Assembly (NCBI GenBank): GCA_964291295.2 | Contig: OZ219754.1 | Location: forward strand, 1,088,001 to 1,152,000 | Origin: an uncultured Candidatus Binatia bacterium | GTDB lineage: Bacteria; Desulfobacterota; Binatia; UBA9968; JAJDTQ01 | Reading direction: 5' to 3' | Length of the DNA: 64,000 bases | Part shown: one piece after another, positions 59,881 to 64,000 of the stretch | How the letters are laid out: each line of letters begins with the position of its first letter | How positions within the stretch are numbered: position 1 is the first letter of the stretch | Notes under the pieces: model-generated | Seen by the model: the letters and a program-made list of their open reading frames with translations, nothing else | What the model was told of the DNA's origin: nothing | The model's database searches: none | Program-made: the position numbers and the translations under genes

Positions 59881-59991
59881 ATTTTCGTCCAAGATGCCAG
59901 AAACATGTAGCCTTGTCCCGTTATCGGACATGAATTGGGCACCAAGTGGGACTCTGGTGGATCTCTGTCCCATGAAAACTTTCTGCGGCGC
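59881..59991 (+). repeat. dispersed repeat, copy C (shortest, no internal expansion)
   Basis: ATTTTCGTCCAAGATGCCAGAAAC...CCTTGTCCCGTTATCGGACATGAATTGGGCACCAAG..GGACTCTGGTGGATCTCTGTCCCATGAAAACTTTCTGCGGCGC. Confidence 0.85.
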
Positions 59992-59995
59992 AGAC

Positions 59996-60035
59996 TCTTG
60001 GGCTTCGTCCCATTTCTTGGGCTTCGTCCCATTTC
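59996..60035. repeat. 19-bp perfect tandem duplication (TCTTGGGCTTCGTCCCATT) x2
   Basis: Directly visible. Confidence 0.95.
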
Positions 60036-60231
60036 ACCTCGGGCAGTCTGTACCACAGAGAGGCTGACCGTGCAAGAATCCCAGGAGTAGTTCTGCCCGA
60101 CCGGCGGCTCACCCTCGTGGGCTGGCAGGCCGGTGCGCCCCTGCCGGAAGCCCCGCCCTCCGTGCGCCAGCATCGCCTGGCACCGCGCCTGCCCGCCGCC
60201 GCCCCTCATCGCGGCCCCGTCAGCGTTCGAG

Positions 60232-60273
60232 AAAAGAAAAGGGCGCCCGATCCGGAGATGGATCGGGCGCCCT
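60232..60273 (-). terminator. intrinsic terminator of the lipoprotein gene
   Basis: GGGCGCCCGATCC/GGATCGGGCGCCC stem followed on the minus strand by TTTTCTTTT. Confidence 0.88.
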
Positions 60274-60306
60274 GCTCCGTGAACCGCCGCCGATGACGGC
60301 GGCCTG

Positions 60307-62100
60307 TTACTCTGTCTTGCGGCCGCCGAAGGAGCCGCGCAACTCGCCGCTCTTCTTGTCCTTGGACGTGATGTCGAACACGCCGCCCACCTCTTCCGCG
60401 TTCGGTCCGAAGAATTGGCCGCTGTACTCCCTCACCTCGTACTTGCTGCCATCCGCGCTCGTGGCAATACCCATCGCATCACGATGGTTTTGAGCAAGGC
60501 TAGATGCAAAACCCGGTGTATCGTAGCCGTCGCCTTCGGCGTTGACATTGGTCACTTTGCTGCCCGAGAACCCGTTGCCGTCGATGGTGCCGTGGAATGT
60601 GGCGATAATCCCGTCAGTATCGCCCCCTCCTGGATAAAAGACGAAATTCCAAAAAATATCGGTCTTGATGGTGCTTTCCCCGAAATCTACCGTTGTGGTT
60701 GAGGGTCCATCAAAACCGCCGATACTTCCTTTGCCCTCAGCGTGCTGTACGCGCCTCTGCCAAACTGCATGACCCCTGTAGGAGGCGCTGCCGGAGCTTG
60801 GCATGTTGGCAGTCGGGGTAGGGCCCTGGCCGGGCAGTGCCCGGACGAATGAGATGCCAAGGTCGGCCCTCTTGGCCTGTACCTTCTCCGTGTGCCACAT
60901 GCCGTAGTTCATGTGCTCGTAGGGCTTCGCCTCCGGGAAATCCGGCACATCGTAGACGAAAATCTGCCGATAAGTGAATCCCGTGACTCCCTCGTTTCCG
61001 GTGCGCAGAAGCCAGGTCTTTTTCCCGTCGCTATCCGTGTAGTAGTAGACCCCCACGCCCGCATTCGCGTCCGGGGCGTCCGCATTGATCCAGTCCCAGG
61101 AATTCGTCTTGTCGAATTTCGTATCCTCCTGGGTGTCGACAACATAGAACTCGCCCTCCGCCCGCATCACCTTGTAGGTCTGGCTGTCAACCGTGACCCC
61201 GCCGAACGGGTTTTCTGCCGTGATCGTGGCGGTCACCGTGATCGGCTGATCGCTGTCGTCCTTCGCCCTGCGGTAAGACTTCACCGCCTTGCTTTTGGTG
61301 ACATACTTGTCCACCAACCAGAAACGGGACTTCTCCGAGTCGCTGTAGGAACCGAACTCGAAGGTCCGTGGGTGGAACCCCGTCTGGCCAGCCACCTCCG
61401 GCGTGCTGTCGGTCGCCGCCTTGTAAGGGACGGGTTCCTTTCGTTGGGTGGTCCGTGAATTGTCGTTCATGCTGCCTCTCTTGCCGGTCGTGACGGTCTT
61501 GCCCCCGGTGGTGGTTTCGACCGTGGGCGCACCCGCCGTGATGGTCGTGTCGCCGTACCCGTAGGTCATCCCCTCCACATGCCGGACCTCCTTGGTCGCA
61601 GCATCCTTCGCCATCTTCGCCTTCTCCGCCGCCGTCGCCGCCTGAGCCTCGGCCTTCGCCTGCGCCGCCTCGGCCAGCAATTTGGCCTTGGCCGCCACAT
61701 TCACGTCGTTCGTCGCCGCAGCCTTGTCCGATTCCATCTTGGCCTTGTCGTACTCCGCCTTCGCCATGTTCGCCGCCGTCCGGGCCGCCTCCGCGTAGGC
61801 CCTCGCCGTCATCTCCCCATTGGCAACATGGACGGACATGAGGTCCGCAAGCGCCGCTTCCGCCTCATCCGCCGCCGTCCCCGCGTTGTCGGACGCCGTC
61901 TTGGCCTTGCCGGACGCCGTCATGGCCGCCGTCTGAGCCTCCGTCAGGGCCGTCTCGACTTCCGTCGGCGGATCCGGGGTCGTCGCCGTGTTGCTGCTTC
62001 CGCCGCATGCCGCAAGCCCCATGACAAGCACCACCGCGCAGAAGATCGTCGCCAGATTCCCGTACATCATCCTGTACATCAGTATCCTCGTCCTTTTCAT
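60307..62100 (-). CDS. surface lipoprotein with Ala-rich coiled-coil stalk and C-terminal TbpB-like beta-barrel
   Basis: Lipobox LAAC-GG; Ala/Lys/Glu helical region; MPSSGSASYRG, TIDGNGFSG and GQFFGPNAEEVGGVF...GSFGG motifs. Confidence 0.85.
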   Translation of the reverse strand: MKRTRILMYRMMYGNLATIFCAVVLVMGLAACGGSSNTATTPDPPTEVETALTEAQTAAMTASGKAKTASDNAGTAADEAEAALADLMSVHVANGEMTARAYAEAARTAANMAKAEYDKAKMESDKAAATNDVNVAAKAKLLAEAAQAKAEAQAATAAEKAKMAKDAATKEVRHVEGMTYGYGDTTITAGAPTVETTTGGKTVTTGKRGSMNDNSRTTQRKEPVPYKAATDSTPEVAGQTGFHPRTFEFGSYSDSEKSRFWLVDKYVTKSKAVKSYRRAKDDSDQPITVTATITAENPFGGVTVDSQTYKVMRAEGEFYVVDTQEDTKFDKTNSWDWINADAPDANAGVGVYYYTDSDGKKTWLLRTGNEGVTGFTYRQIFVYDVPDFPEAKPYEHMNYGMWHTEKVQAKRADLGISFVRALPGQGPTPTANMPSSGSASYRGHAVWQRRVQHAEGKGSIGGFDGPSTTTVDFGESTIKTDIFWNFVFYPGGGDTDGIIATFHGTIDGNGFSGSKVTNVNAEGDGYDTPGFASSLAQNHRDAMGIATSADGSKYEVREYSGQFFGPNAEEVGGVFDITSKDKKSGELRGSFGGRKTE

Positions 62101-62192
62101 TACCGATCTCCCCTTCCGCCTTCAAAAGCGGCCTCGGTACAATGCTTGGTACGATACCACGGAACTTCCCTCCCGTTAGCCCAACTTTACCA

Positions 62193-64000
62193 CCTGGAGT
62201 CCGGTTTGGGCAGGAATCAGGGGTGATTTTGCCGAAATTGGCACGCAAGTCATTGATATATCGTGGGCAGGTTGTCGGGCAGGCGAATGTAGTGCCACAA
62301 AGTACATGCTGGATATTGCTGGGGGTGGCGCACCATGCTGCCACCCTCTCATGTTCATCCGTCGCACCCGTACTCGCAGCAGCAGCGAACCTTACGTCAC
62401 CCACCGCCTGGTGCGCTCCGAACGCGACGGTTCAAAGGTGCGTCAACGCACCCTGCTCAATCTCGGGCGGCACTTCGATGTGGCTCCACAGGAGTGGCCC
62501 GTGCTGTGCCGGCGCATTGAGGAGATGCTTGCCGGTCAACTCCCCCTGTCTCCGGGCTGCCCCCCGGCACTCGAAACCCACGCCCAGCGCATCACCGCCC
62601 AACTCCTTGCCCGGGAGCGCGTCGGCACCGCGACCCCAAGCCAAGGGGGCGACCTCCAGAGCGTGGATGTCGACTCCCTGGAGTTGGTTCGACCACGCTC
62701 GGTGGGCGTCGAGCACGTGGGATTGTGGGCCATGGACCAACTCGGCCTGCGCACCCTGCTCGAACAACTCGGTCTCGGCGCCTCGATGCGCGCGACCGCC
62801 ATCGGCTCGATCATCGCGCGTATGGCGCAGAGCGCGCCACCCGACGCTGGCTCGGCGAACGCAGCGCCTTGGGTGAACTGCTCGGAATGGAGTTCGCCAC
62901 CATGGGACCCATGCGGCTGTATCGCGCCTCCGATGCCCTGATGGCCCACCGCGACGTCATCGAAAAGCATCTGTTCGATCGGGCCATGGACCTGTTCGAG
63001 ATCGAACCCACCGTGACGCTCTACGATCTGACCAACACCTACTTCGAGGGCGCGGCACCCCTCCAACCGAAGGCCCTGCGCGGCCACTCCAAGGACAAGC
63101 GCACCGATTGCCCGCTGCTCACCCTGGGGCTCGTGCTCGACTCCAGCGGCTTCGTGCGCCGCTCCCAGGTCTTTGCCGGCAACGTGCGCGAGCACCACAC
63201 TCTGGCCCGGATGCTGGATGCGCTCAAGGCCCCGCGCGCCGCCCTGGTGGTGATGGACCGGGGCCTCGCTACGAAGAGCGCCTGCAGTGGCTGCGTGAGC
63301 AGGGCTACCGCTACCTGGTGGTCAGCCGTGAACGCAACCGGCACTTCGTCCCTCAGGCGGCACAGCGCATGGAGACCGCTTCCAAGCATGGCATACAATT
63401 GCACAAGGCCCTGTCCCCAGACGGTCGGGAGGTGCGCCTGTACTGCTTCTCCGAACAACGGGCCGCCAAGGAACGCGGCATCGTCGAGCGCTTCGCCCGG
63501 CGCTTCGAGAACGCCCTGAACAAGCTCTCCGAAGGTCTCTCCCGACCCCGTACCCAAAAACGTGTGGAGCAGGTCTGGCAACGTATCGGGCGGCTCAAGG
63601 AGAGCACCCGCGGCATCGCCCAGCACTACGACATCGCACTCGACACCGATGAGTCCGGTCAACGCGCCACCGCCGTGCGCTTCACCCGCCGCCCTCTCCC
63701 CGGCTCGATGAGGACCCATCCCGGCGTCTACTGCCTGCGCAGCAGCGAAACCCACTGGAAGGAAGAAGCCCTGTGGCGTACCTACGTCAGGCTCACCGAC
63801 ATCGAAGCCGTCTTCCGCTCCCTCAAATCCGAACTCGGCCTGCGACCCGTCTACCACCACAAACCACGCCGCTCCGAAGGCCATCTGTTCATCACCGTGC
63901 TCGCCTACCAACTCGTCCAGGTCATCCGTACCCGCCTGCGTCAAGCGGACGAGCACGCCAGTTGGACCACACTACGCCGCGTCCTCCAGGGACAGCAGCG
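62193..64000 (+). mobile_element. IS1634-family insertion sequence, transposase frameshifted, runs off window end
   Basis: ATG 62351 MFIRRTRT; QRTLLNLG, LYDLTNTYFEG, RGHSKDKRTDCP, VVMDRG and IEAVFRSLKSELGLRPVYH motifs; frameshifts near 62830 and 63272. Left end is approximate. Confidence 0.9.

Overview
High-GC bacterial chromosome segment. Gene content suggests a Deltaproteobacteria/Binatia-like lineage, possibly host-associated; this is inference only. In order, it holds: a partial 4,5-dihydroxyphthalate-decarboxylase-like gene; a complex I-like operon nuoA-C-D-H-I-J-K-L-M-N with no nuoB and no nuoEFG; a Nit1-type amidase, a GST and groES-groEL; a minus-strand housekeeping block tmk-holB-metG-tatD-aroE; pilD with three minor pilins; an unusual two-gene Co-type nitrile/thiocyanate hydrolase locus bracketed by inverted copies of a dispersed ~110-140 bp repeat; a nine-gene catabolic operon (C-C hydrolase, ALDH, aryl-CoA ligase, class II aldolase, DHP-decarboxylase-like protein, ferritin-like di-iron protein, crotonase, UbiD, TauE); a decayed island (G8-frameshifted SDH/ClpP-class protease, membrane-anchored repeat protein, integrase and DUF4338 remnants); sthA; two Liv-type ABC transporters; a LanM-fragment/TolC deletion scar; an enamidase-like amidohydrolase; a ParA pseudogene; LLM-M20-apaG; a TbpB-like surface lipoprotein; and a frameshifted IS1634 running off the end. 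I saw no rRNA, tRNA or CRISPR array. The best candidates for new biology are the apparently permuted/fused nitrile-hydratase-like enzyme inside an inverted-repeat cassette and the di-iron/CoA/UbiD catabolic operon. All family assignments come from motif recognition by eye; no searches were run.
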